Positions 26,141 through 38,323 of a stretch of DNA of 64,000 nucleotides are shown piece by piece (position 1 is the stretch's first letter; the number at the start of each line of letters is the position of its first letter). Source of the stretch: Fimbriosthenelais zetlandica (lineage: Eukaryota); assembly GCA_977030845.1 (NCBI GenBank), contig OZ365111.1, positions 40,176,001 to 40,240,000 on the forward strand, read 5' to 3'. The notes under the pieces are model-generated. The model was not told the DNA's origin and did no database searches. It saw nothing but the letters and a program-made list of their open reading frames with translations. The position numbers were made by a program, and so were the translations under genes.

Positions 26141-29100
26141 GCAGGGGGCAATGCTACATATATACATGTATACATGTATGTCCTGTCTTCTCTCCAAACC
26201 AATTGTGTCCGCAATTCGCTGTAATAAGGTAAATGTTCACATAAAAGACACTATTGTAGCAGCCATGAAAGCTGCTTAATGGATGTATAATTGAGGAACA
26301 TCACTCAATATGTTTTAACTAAAAATACATTGACTGGTAATTTGCCATTGATTGCAATATATAAAGTTCTTTTCTTGCATTACTGGCGGCAAGAGAAGCA
26401 CAGAATTAAGCTGTGAAGAGGGGCTTAACGATTATAGTTATCATTTTTGATAGTCCTGCCAACGACAATGGGCTATGAATCTTGAATAATGAACCAGCGA
26501 TACTCTAATTATATTGCTGATAATTGCTGCATTCAATGGCCATATAGAACTTCAGGGGGGGTGCATTCAATAAATCATTATGACTGCAATTAATCACCCT
26601 GCAACATTTATATTCATCACTGCTTCGATAGAAGCTTGGAGATACATGCCACAAGGTGTGTTATGTCCCTTCGATATTGCCCAAAAAGCTTTGCATATAA
26701 GAGTAGTGTCGCATTTGTTCGACTGTTAATTAATCGAGGAAGCCAGAAGGTAGTTTATCCTGAAGCACAATTGATTTATGTGGTTCTTGCTCATCGTTCC
26801 CAGTGCATTAATTATGTATGTCACAAAACGAGAAAGTAAAAAAGGTACTTGGAGTGACTAATTCAAACTGCATCTCAATCCCCTTCTTGAAGCATGCTTC
26901 GTAAATCTGTGCATGCAACGTGATTTCAGTCAAACTAGTCTTTCAATGTATTCTTCTTGAATCTACTCGATTGGCAAAATTTCAGAACATTACGCCCATA
27001 TTGATAGGTGTAGGTTTGGGAGGGCCACAATTGAGAGGTAGTGAAAAGTGGGACCCTCTGTCCCGCCATATCCATTACACCCCTTTCAATCTATATCGGT
27101 CTCGGATCAGTGACCTGGTGGGGCCATCCATCTCTCCCACTTCAAACATAGGAGTACTGCAGTATACTTCACCACTATCCTGCTTCATTGCCAGTGGCGA
27201 ACGGCCCTAGCTGAGGCGGGTGGCTGCAGATGTAATCATTTTGGACCCATTCAATCAAACAAATTACCCCTGGTAGTGCAATGGTCGCCCATCGAAATGG
27301 TCCATTATTTTTCATTTTGCAGACCTTGCTCCTGTGATTGATGCAAATGCTTTACAGCTCATTCAAAGAAGGCAATCATTAACATGCATATTGGCGTTAA
27401 TTCAAGATTCAATGGGTATACAAATTGACCCTTTTCACAGTTCGTATACCGATAAAAAAGTGATTATCTGAAGTTCATTAAACAATATTAATTATATATC
27501 ATCTGTATAATATTGTTTGATACTGACAGATTTTCTGGTATAAAGGCTCATGGAAAATTGGAAATGTTCAAAGGAAATTGAATGTTTGAGTCCCAGAGGG
27601 TTGGGGGACAGTACTTGTGCATGAGAAGTCAATGATACATGTTGGCAATGAAGGTTGTGCATGGAGCTGGGTTGGCTAGGTTTCAATAAGTATCCATGTT
27701 GGAGTTGGGCTATGTTTGTCTGCATAGCCCGAGTCTGTAATAATAACAGAAGCAGAGAGAAGCGACAATCGGCTGGACAGCAGGGCCTTGTTGGTTTAGG
27801 AAGCTGAGTGAATTTCATCTCAAGTTGTTGGTGGGATGGAGATCGATGCTTGCAGCCGGGTCCGGGAAATTGCTTTCATGCCTCAAAGCATTTGAAACGG
27901 AGTCGTCCTATGATTCAATAGTGCCTATTTGACAATGCTACATCTAGCCGGCTTATACAAACATACGGCGAATCGGTGGACGAATGCTGCTTGCCCTGAT
28001 CTAATATCACCCACCAGCTGTAGCCGCCTGCAGGCCTTAAAGAAGGACTTGACAACGTTTGTGGGGATCACACACGCTGATAACCTAAAGAATGATCCCT
28101 GCTTGATCAGCTGGGGGGGGGGGGGTGTACGGGGGGGTTGGTTCACCGCAGGGCAGGCAAGAAGTGTCATTTTAGGGTGGGTTTCCCATGGAGGTTTCGA
28201 GGGCCATACATTGTGACCCTTACATGGAAGATTATGATGGTTTAATATGCCCTGGTGGTGGTGTTGCCTGAGGCAAGAAGAAAAAAACCTAATGCCAGCC
28301 TAGCTAGAGGCCACATTGCATAATCGATTTAAATGATCTTGGACGTGGAAAACTCATCAAATACGATGTCTCCCTGTCATCAGGGCGAGGTACGGGTAAA
28401 TATTAGTCTGCCTTGTCTATGATGTTAATCCTTCTGTCCTTGTAGGCCCTAGGGACACTCTCTCTTCCTCCCATTTTAAAACATAAAGGAGAAAGGCAGT
28501 CTTTGAAGATGTCAGTGTTGAGACACCTTAAAACGAAAAAAAATGGAATGAAAAACCAACTTCCAAGGCCAATATTCCCAAGGTGAAATGAAGTCAAGGC
28601 ATTGTCTCATGTCCTCTTATTAAGATTTTTTTTAGAATTTTTTTTTTCATTGCTTAGAATGACCTGTACATGATGTTGCCTTCACTATTCGGATTAATGC
28701 ATAGGGCCTGCCAAAGGCATATTGCAAAGGCTGACAAATACATTTCTAAGTATAAAATACTTCTGGAATTCATTACAAGGCAAAGCTATGACAATCCAAT
28801 TCTCCTTCGCATCAATCATACCGTCAAAGAAAATTCTATCCATTCCCTCGATATCATTTACATGACAGCAAACCCATATCCACGGTTCTTTTATTCGTAT
28901 TCCATTTTCCACCATGGTAAAAGGTTTTTATGCATGAAGCAGGGGTAGCAAAATGTAAAAGAGTTTAACCATGCGGGCCTGCATGACCCCAGCTGATCAT
29001 CTATCTGATCAGATGGCCACTCATGCCTGTAGTTTCGTCACACCAGGTGTCACAGACGCTTCTAACACCAGTGACTGATCACCCATAAACACATGTTCTT

Positions 29101-32100
29101 CTTGTTTGAGAGTCAATCTTCCCCGGATCCAATGTCCTTCTGCACACCAAATTCTCTCTGTCCCGCTTTTTCTCTCCCGCTCCCTTCACTTGATCCTCCC
29201 CGCCCCCTTCTTGAGCAAGATCACCATAAACCCTCATCCGATGTGACGGCGTCGTAAAATATTGTCTGCGTTTCTCACTTACACCTTGGGGCTTGTTTTT
29301 CTTCACCTATCCCTTTCACTCGAGTCGCGCTGTATACTAGTGGCAGACAGACGTTCTGAGGAGCATTGTGGATTGAGTTATAGTTGGTTGACTCTAAAGC
29401 TTCAAGAATTAGCTTTAAGAAGTGGAGTAGTATTTTGGAGCAGTGATGGCGGCTCGACTAAAATAGTCCCTGGAGAATGAGGGCCGCAGATTAAACCGTC
29501 GTGGTCTGCTCGCTCCAGTGAATGACAATGGATGGGAGCCATCAATGAGGGCTGTAATTGACGCCCTCTCGCACCGTGGAAACAAAGTGTATAAACATTC
29601 TGGTCATTCCTTGGGATCCCCCTGGGATAAATATAGATGATGGCGTAAAATACATCTGTGGCATAGTAGATTAAACAATAATTGGCCTCCTTAGCCCTTG
29701 GCTTTTTTCCCTGATACGATTCATCAAGAGGCAATCGTTTCAGCACAAAGGATAGATGGAAGTTCTTTCATCCGTTAGCCAAGCTTATAGATGGTTTTTA
29801 TTCTACAAGTAAAATCGGGTTGAAGTCTAGTGGTGAAAAAGCAGCTTATTAAATGATAGTTTTTTTTTGGTATTTATATCACAACTTGGCTTGTTACAAC
29901 ACATGGGGATCTGGGTGTTGGGTTTAGTTTTGCGACCAAAATCACACGTGAAATCTGCATTAACAAAAGCGAAGATTGTGAGAAGCGAGGGAAGAATAAG
30001 GGACCATTTCATCATGTTTCATCAGGTAGAAATTGTGGTTCTTCCTAGTTCTATCATTATCGGTTAGCTCTGGTACAATTTCTCATTCGGGAAAGAACAT
30101 TGTTGGTTCATTGGTTTGACAAGGAATGTCTCAAAGTGTGTGGACACCTAGAAATTTTAAGTTAATTCATTCCATATTCAGTCTTACAGGATTGCCAAGT
30201 CGAACGGTTACTATGAATGTTCAAATGATACCACTGGCCCCTTGATTTACTGCACCTTGGTGTATTGCCTGGATTTAATTAGAATTGACAGGATATTTTA
30301 ATTGACTTCCCTTGGCAAATGTTCGGTGATCATGAATCAAGTTGGGGCCTTCCATTTAGAGGAAACTGGCGATGGAAGGTAATTAGGCCAATTATAACAG
30401 TGAGAGTAGCTCTGTTGGGTCCAAAAGATGTATCGTGACAGAAACTAACGGTAGCTTGATTTGCTCTGAGTCGCTATAGCTGGCTGATAGATAGTAATGA
30501 GCTAGGGAAGAAAAAAAAACATGGCTGGCCATTGCTCACGACAGACATGCAACCTATTGGTCCGCCACTCGAGGAAGCAGGCAATTGCTTGCAAAGTTCC
30601 TCATTGTTTTGCGCCTCGGCCATTTTCCTTTGGAAGGTTAAATAGGAAGATCATTTAAAAGAACCTAGTTGATTGGAGCTGACTGGTCATCTTTCGTGAC
30701 TTCCCATATGTATACGTATATATGACAGTCATACAAGGCTTTGAAGCCCTATAACCACCTCCCTTGACGTAAGCCTCCTGAAGCTGACAGCATTCCATGA
30801 ATTCTTATTGGATCATATATATACAATGTACATAGAAGGCATTAATATTTCCAGGGCAACGTAGAAAACAATTGATAGAGTTATAAAGTGAGAGGTTGTC
30901 AGTCCACAGTCATTACCAAATTAGATAATTTCGACTATGACCCCGACAGGAATTCAGCATTACAAAAAGAGACCTTTTGCAAATGATAATAATTTTCGAA
31001 GAGAAAAAACCAAGAGAAATGCCAGAACCATCTATACATATATATATGGGTAATGCCCTTATAAGTTGGCTTTCCCGACAGAGACTATATTGAGAAGACC
31101 CAGCTCAGCAATGATAAGCCTCTGTGTTACAGGCCCAACCCCCAGCGGATGCACTTAGGCAGGCAGTGGTGCCCGAGCTAAGACTACAGGCTGCATTTAG
31201 GCTTAAGCTGTCTGAGACAGAGCCACGTCTCCTGAGACACAAGCATGGGGGGATGGTGACTAGGATCGGTGCCTATAATTGGTCCTTGGTGACGAGTGTC
31301 ACGAGAAGATTCACCGATCTAGTTGTCACAGTCAGTCTGCAAGTTTGGAGTACTATTTTTCAATGACCCAGTGGACTTGCTGCACATGCTACTGGCTTTG
31401 GCAAAATGTGACGTTTATGAGACTAGGCTATTAGAGTCACTCACTCAAACATAAGGCAATGAAGACTGACACTTAGTTATTTCCAATGAAGAGAGATGAT
31501 TTTGGATGTTTTGTATGAGTTAAACAGATGATAATAATATGATTAATTTCATGCCATTTCTTTAACTTTATGACAAAATTTCAATTTGTCGTCTCCCATT
31601 TCACTAGAACAAATCCCAGAATTTAACAAGGAAACATACTATGTTCTAACATCAAGATGATATCACAAATTCATCGAGAACAACATCTTTGCAAAAGAAA
31701 AGTGCAGGAGGCCCTTTCTAAAGAAACGTGTCAATTTACGCAGCCTGATTTTTTCCTCTGATATCCTTATCAAGAAGAAGGACTGGGGGGGGGGGGGGGA
31801 ACTGAGAAAAGAGCTTAGGAAAGGGGACAGCAGAAACCCTCCAATTCCCATGTCATTAGTAAGAGGCAACCTTGAGAGAGAGACACACACAGTGGCACAT
31901 GTTCTCTGGTTGCCTTGCCATGGGTCACCCCACCAGCCACCATGCGTGTGTTCCTCTCTGTACTTGCGTATATATACAGTAGTACTTGTACAGAGACAGT
32001 TGGAAAAGCACACAGAGAGACACGCACCCAGGGTCCAATTGGGCCTCGGAGCTTGAGGCTGTTACGAGTCAAACCTTCTAATCAGACCTTGTCATATCCC

Positions 32101-32774
32101 ACATTTTGCAGGGGATCATTTGAGAGCCTCTCCCGCAGGCTTGTGATCAAGCATCGCTTGGGGAAGTGACAGTCACACCCCGATCTGCTGCGGGGGCCTT
32201 TGCTATAGTTTCCTTTGGCAAGCAGAAGCATCCAGATCAAAGATGCTCCCACAGTGTTGGGGTGATGGCATTCGGCAGATTTGTTTTATGATAATGCCAC
32301 CTTTCTTGTACGATGCTGGCGGCGTGCTGATGCATCTAAATGGCTGGTTGCAGATCAACTGCTCTTTCATACCAGCGAGTCACTCCTTGAGGGAGGGGCG
32401 TTAGTTATCAGTGTTGAAAACTAATGGTTGTAGGTGCTTGGCGAGTCCCCAGGGGAGTACTCCTTAGGATAACTCAGTGTCAGGAATCTCAACATTTGCC
32501 ATATTTCACGAGATTAAATTGCATGAGGAGGAGGGGTGCTAGTAGAGAGATATGACATCAAATACAATGTTTAGTGCAAATGTCAGAGTAATGTCATGGG
32601 AGGGAGAGAGGATGGGGAGATAAGGAAGGATTTAGAAATGTAATGGCAGTCGAGGAAGAGTTACCATCATATGGCTGCATTCAACATTTTTTTCTTAAGT
32701 TTGTAATTAAGTATAAACCTTCATAAATCAGCTATGGGAACACAGGATATTACACTATGGATATTACACTGCAG

Positions 32775-32847
32775 CAGCTTGTTTCAAAACGAATATGAGC
32801 CATAGACTTAGCATAGAGCTCTATAATATTCATTTTGAAACAAGTCC
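32775..32847. mobile_element. Short MITE related to 18795-18863, about 210 bp into the neurexin intron
   Basis: Inverted repeat CTTGTTTCAAAA[C/T]GAATAT at both ends, central CCATAGACTTAGCAT, CAG on both flanks. Outermost bases of the left TIR are degraded. Confidence 0.6.
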
Positions 32848-33058
32848 CAGGTTTCACTCCGAGTAAAATGAGTATAATTTTAGCAATACCCATGCAGGTC
32901 ATATTACTTTCCAACATTCAGTAGATCTGTCCCTGGAAAAAAGTAAGCTACCTCAGCTATATTATACCTCAGCCAAGATAGCCCATAATCACCTATAAAG
33001 AAGAATTCTAAAATTTTGGGGATTGGCGGGTGTCATAATGCACATAATTAGGACTTAC

Positions 33059-33812
33059 CTGTTTCGCAGAAGTCTCCCTCGTAATCCGTGTTAGAGCAGT
33101 CACAGATGGTTCCTGTATCTGTACTTATACACGTCCCTTCATTCCGACAAGGATCCAACTCTGAACATTCATCCAGTGCATTGGTACGTACTCCCTCACT
33201 TTCCAACATTTCCACTCTTTCTCTGGGACCGCCACAATTGGAATACAACAGGTTCCGAAACGATCCCCGGAAGCGTGGTTCAAACATGACGGAAGGCAAG
33301 GCCAAATCACTGAGATGGGCACTCATACCTATAGGCATGCCACCAACGAAGATATAACTATTTTGAGTTATGTTTCCGAACGCACCTTCTTCGGCCGAGT
33401 TGGAGCGCCTAGTTTGTGCCACATTGTCCACAATAATGGTGGTCTCTTCGTGATTTCTCACCACCTCTATGGTATGCCACCGGCCATCGTTAAGATTCTG
33501 GCTGGCCGATAAAATCGTGGTGCCATCCCCAAGGTTAATCCTCAAACGAGTCACTCCACCGACAATCTTTAACTCCATGAAGTCATATCGCCCACCGTCA
33601 TCCCCATACAATAGCAAGGCGTTCGGTTGATAAGTTAGAAACTCAAAACTCAACGACCCGTTTTGGCAAGGGTTCCACTTGGGAAATTTTGCAAACGATG
33701 TCTGTGACCCTTGCAGGTCGAAGGTGAGGCACTGATGGAGTAGTAGGCTCAGAACAATGAGGATATTTGCACTGAGCACTGTTGGGTTGGTGAGAGCATT
33801 TACTGCTGCCAT
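33059..33812 (-). CDS. NRXN: Alpha-neurexin, first coding exon (signal peptide, LNS/LamG domain 1, EGF-like domain 1); 3'-partial
   Basis: ATG at 33812 in strong Kozak context (AGT ATG G), hydrophobic signal peptide to ...CLT|F. LamG motifs: SLSFEFLT, LLLYGDDGG..DFMEL, LNDGRWHTIEV, IFVGG, EPRFRG. Six-Cys EGF CSELDPCRNEGTC...CDC...YEGDFC. Exon ends ACAG|GTAAGT (phase 1, 754 nt); the ORF's last residues (KS*) are intronic. Subtype cannot be assigned. Confidence 0.92.
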
Positions 33813-34715
33813 ACTGATAGATATAATTGATCAATATATTAAAATCACAGACAACTTTTCACTTTGTAATTTTGATGGATGCCACAGAAAGGAAAGCGCA
33901 TGGACCACATGAAGCATGGGTGCTCAGAGCAGGCCAGAATTATTCTCAGATGGGGTCCCGAAGCAAAATGAAACTGTGTCATAAAAGCCGGTGGATATAA
34001 TTTATGAGCCTCAGACAATGATCCCAAAGCTGTTGTTTAATCATGGGTGGTGGAGGGTGGCTTTGTTTAGAGCCAGTGGTGGATGAGTCGATTGTTGATG
34101 ATGGTGGAAATAGATGGATGACTCTGAGGCTGGTGGGAGAAGGAAGGACAGAGGCTGTGGTGCTAACAGCAGCAGCTTGCTACAAGGAGATGGTGGTAGT
34201 GGTGACATCAAAAAAGAATCTGTAGGTAGTAAGTTGATGATGTCTATTGGCCAGATGAAGTGGAAGAGGAGATGGGAGGAGGTAGAGATGGAGGAAGAAA
34301 GAGGAGGGGGGTGGAGGGAGAACTGGTAGAGGAAGAGGAGGGAAAAGGGAGCAAGGATGGGTAAAGCTATAATAGCTGAGGTGGACAGAAGTGATATAGG
34401 TGGGCTAGACCTGATGGTGTATGTATAGAAGGAAGTGTAGGGTCTTCTTCTACTGCTCTTTCTTCCTTATTTGGGCGGCTGATATAGCCACGAGGAGAGG
34501 TGAGATAGAGAGCAGGGGGAGATGTCAACTGTTGGGTCTGGTGGAGGACAAAGCTGGAGGCAGCAGCTGAAGGTAGCAGCAGCAGGGTGGAGGTGAAGTC
34601 ATTATGGGCCAAGTCTTCATCTCAAGTAGTTCGAGGTCGTCGAGCCGCCTCTCCAGTCTACACTTCTCATCATTCCGATACTTCCCACTGAGGCTCTTCT
34701 TTAAATCTGATGAAG
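33813..34715 (-). other. Putative long 5'UTR portion of the neurexin first coding exon
   Basis: Strong acceptor TGTTAATTTTTTTTTAATTTTTCAG|C at 34716/34715, then a C/T-rich mRNA-strand sequence with 10 upstream ATGs. A weaker alternative acceptor (TATATCTATCAG|T) lies 1 nt before the ATG, so the boundary is uncertain. Confidence 0.4.
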
Positions 34716-37700
34716 CTGAAAAATTAAAAAAAAATTAACATTAGGTCAGGTCTTCCTGTACATCCAACCTCTCATCTGGAAGTGTTTGAGAAATCAAGAA
34801 ATGGGAAAAATGAATGCATTTGAAAGATTGCATCAAACTCTTCACTATTGCCGCATGGATTCAAGAGTTTTTTTAGATCATTTTTGTTCAGTCCCAACCA
34901 ATTTCCAAGAACCCCCGTGTTTTAACAGAAGCATTTCCATGGGAACGGCGATGCAAGAGTAATGGCATTATTAATTGAAGCTTACAATAAACATTAGGGA
35001 CATTTCTTCCGGTCTCATTACGAGAACATTCATGAAACAATATTACTTTTTCCTGCCTCCCTTTTAAAATTAGGTATTCAAAATTCAGGTTTGCAGCATC
35101 ACAGGAATACACCATTAGAAAAAATATTTTATTTATATTCTTTGCAAGCAAAAAAACTTTCATTGTTTCTAGATAGGTTCAATGAACTTCTCAATAATTA
35201 TGTTTTGCAATTGCATTGTAAATCCTCCTGGTAAAATACCGTACTAGTAGGATTTCTTGGTGAAAAGGGATTAAGAAAACCATGTAATCGTTGAGACAAC
35301 AAAAATCTTCAAGAAGCCTTTTTCCGCGTTTCTTCTATAAGCGAGGCGAGATGACAAAATTCCAAGATTGATATTTTAAGTATTTTACGTTAAGCGCCTG
35401 CTTCAGAACTGATAAGCACCTCCGAATCGGGTGAATGATTTCAGAGGAAGATCTGGTTACTTCGAACAAATCAGGAAAAGTGATATGTAGGGATTTGTCG
35501 TTCTGACACCAGTGTCAAATGAATCTGTTAAATACATTTACAAGTACTGCTAGAAAGTTGAAACGTGGGCTATCGAATGAGAGATTTCTCAATCTACACA
35601 AAATTCGGCTTAATTCATTGGCGATCAGCAGACAGAGCATCTGATGAATTATTAGTAGCACATAATCTGTTTGTGCAATGGGAAAACTACATCAGCGAAA
35701 TAGTCCTTATATAATACCATAGGAAACCGAGGCGGAAAAAAAATCCGTAAATGAATCAACAAGTACTGGCTAAAGTATAACCGCGTACATGTACAAAAAT
35801 AAACCCTTCTTCAAATATTTGATTACACTTAGGACACGTGTATATACACCACAGTTAGTTTGCTCAAGAAGCAGGTGTGACAGGCAAGGAAAAAAATGGT
35901 CCGAATCTTTATTCGCATTTAGGCATCTGAACATCATATCGAAATGGAGCCAAGGATATTCGGAGGAATGAGTAAAGTGTATAGCAAAGTGCGAGTATAG
36001 CAAAGTGTTAATATTTTGGTCATAGAGAGGGAGGATGCTTTTCATAAGGAGTAGTTAACAGATTTATTATAGTTCAAATATTGATAGATGCAGGACATCG
36101 GACACCATGCCAGATGAATCTACGGCAGTAGGAAGCTGAGGCCTGTCAAATATCTAGTTTGTATATGAACTCATTAATTTTCTGAAGGTGATGGTTCAAC
36201 CATGCATCTACTTCATAACCAACAGTCTGTGATCATGAAAAACAAGTTGCTTTGGGGTGTGCATTATGGCTTTTGTTCTCAGATTCCCATTTTTGTTTGC
36301 CAACCACAGCAGTTCCCCGCTAGAACATTGTCCGCTATATTGCTAGCCTCTTGTAAATAGCAGTGCAGGCTCATGCTTGTCGACATGTCGATGGAGTTTG
36401 GACTCATTTCCCTGTGGTAGCTTGTGAGGGTTACAGATAGGAGAGAGATAGCCTTGTTCCTATTTGCTCTATGTCTCCGCGGCTGTGATGGATCGGACCT
36501 TTTATAGGCACCCTTTACAATTCCCCGTTTGGACTATTTTCTTGCTTGCAAAGACTACTTTTAAAAGGCAATTAAGTCAGAGCAAATGGGGCTGTAAGGC
36601 CGAGTATATATATACATGGGGGCTGGGAAACAATGGATCGCATTTTTCTCACCTTGATAATACTGTTCCCAAGGCAGGCCAGCGGCAGCATTGTATCAGC
36701 ATATATCCCGCTCGACACATGTCCCCTCAATAAATATTTTCCCAGAGAAAAACACGGCAATGCAAATGGCAAAGGGCTCAGGGAACAATAGAACTTTCAT
36801 GAGACTTGTTCTTCCGCAGCAAAGACAAGGGAATGATCTTTTCTATTTACAAGAACCAGGCAGGGCATATTCGCAATAAGAAAATCCCTATCCATGACAG
36901 CAGTAATCGCACACTGTCCATAAATGTCAATGGCAACCTGCAATCTTGCCTCAATCATCGCTCCAATATTACAAAGAGGATTTGCAAGAATATAGAATGG
37001 TATAGGCAGAACTAATATGTCTATTATAATGTCATACTGTTAAAAGTCATGAGCTAATATGGAACCTTGAGCCAGCTTGTATGGCTATATTTTCCATCAT
37101 ATCGATTCGTGATCATATACAGGGAAGATTTCCTATAGATGTCAGACACTCCACTTTCTGGGCTTCTGCACCTTTGCCATTAATAAGGATAGGGATCAGG
37201 TTCTGTTGATCATGGCCAGGTCATCATGGCTTAGATTCCCATGCACTTGAAATGGGATACAAGGTGGCCATGTCAACTTGTATTAGGACAAGATTTTGTA
37301 AAACACAGCAATAGACTTCATGGCATATAACCTGCTGTGTATAATGTTATGTTGACGGATGTTGAGCTGGATGTTGCTAAGTAATAAGCAAGGCCAATTT
37401 TAGTGTCGTTTATCTATAGGCTGAACACACTGAGCTACGATCTCCCAACTATCTGCTTGAACATGCTCAAAATAAGAACGTAGAGTGTTCTGATCCATGA
37501 AGAAGAACGCAGAGCACACAGGAACCTGATCGTAGGTTCATTCCACATACTTGTTCAGTAGGTTAATTCCACATACTTTTAAATTTTGTTGTAACCGAAA
37601 CATATTAAAGCAGATTATAGGGAAATCGTAGCTCAGTAGGTTCAGCCTATTATACAATAGAGCTTCATTTTTCAGTAGAAATAGACATGATTATATTCGG

Positions 37701-37879
37701 AAAAAACTTCGTGAAGTGCAAGAGAAGCCTGCTTCGGTCAATATCTAAAAGTAGGTCCCGACCATGAGGTTGCTTATTAAGGGAGGACATATGTATTCCC
37801 TTTGCCCCTCCTTCAATACATTATAGATTTTCCAGCTTTTCCGTGTTTGACCTCCTTCAATGGTCATGATGATCCGGAG

Positions 37880-38070
37880 AAGATTAACTGCAGCTGTTGC
37901 AGAGCTCGCGCTAGAAACACTTTATCCCGGTGGCCGGATCATTCCTCCTACCCGTCCTGGCTCTGATTGACAGGCCTCTCTTAATGGATAGATTAATGTC
38001 AGCTGCCTCTACCCCCCGCTCTTTCTGTCTCTACCATCCAACGCCAGTGTCTGGAGAAGGGGGGAGGTGG
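37880..38070 (-). promoter_or_regulatory. Candidate neurexin promoter or cis-regulatory module
   Basis: Locally GC/CpG-richer segment 3.2 kb upstream of the acceptor. Perfect PBX-MEIS/PREP decamer TGATTGACAG (37964-37973), TAAT sites, TGTCA, and E-boxes CAGCTG. Motif evidence only. Confidence 0.35.
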
Positions 38071-38323
38071 TAGCGGAAAAGGGGTGGGAGTGGATGTAGC
38101 ACTCGTCCATCAAGCTAACTGGTCTCGTAAAGTTGGTCTAGTTGATATACGGTATCCCCAACATCCGCGGTTACCTTTCTATCTTGGTTGGTTCATCATT
38201 AGGCAACATAGACAACAGTCTTGTCTGTTCATCTCTCTCGAATGGTCTAAGCCAAAATCTATTCTCTCTCGAGACAATGTCATATTTTGGTCCACAGCAC
38301 AGCATGATGTGTAGGGTGTCGAC

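Noticed and set aside
29283-29306. Frame-preserving 24-nt microexon (GEEKQAPR) with GTAAGT donor
   Set aside because: The acceptor is purine-rich (GTGAAAGGGATAG) with no polypyrimidine tract.
30450-30501. Strong minus-strand acceptor (T9-CTTCCCTAG) with an open 52-nt segment
   Set aside because: Only a weak GTTAGT donor, frame-shifting length, and no LNS2-like sequence.
33088-33512. Plus-strand ORFs (89, 65 and 65 aa) overlapping the neurexin exon
   Set aside because: Antisense shadows of the real coding frame; no independent features.
34043-34329. Plus-strand Gly/Glu/Arg-rich ORFs
   Set aside because: Translation of the purine-rich low-complexity tract.
34700-34725. CTGATGA-AGCT-GAAA hammerhead-like string
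   Set aside because: Helix II is impossibly short and there is no helix III or I. It is the reverse complement of the splice acceptor.
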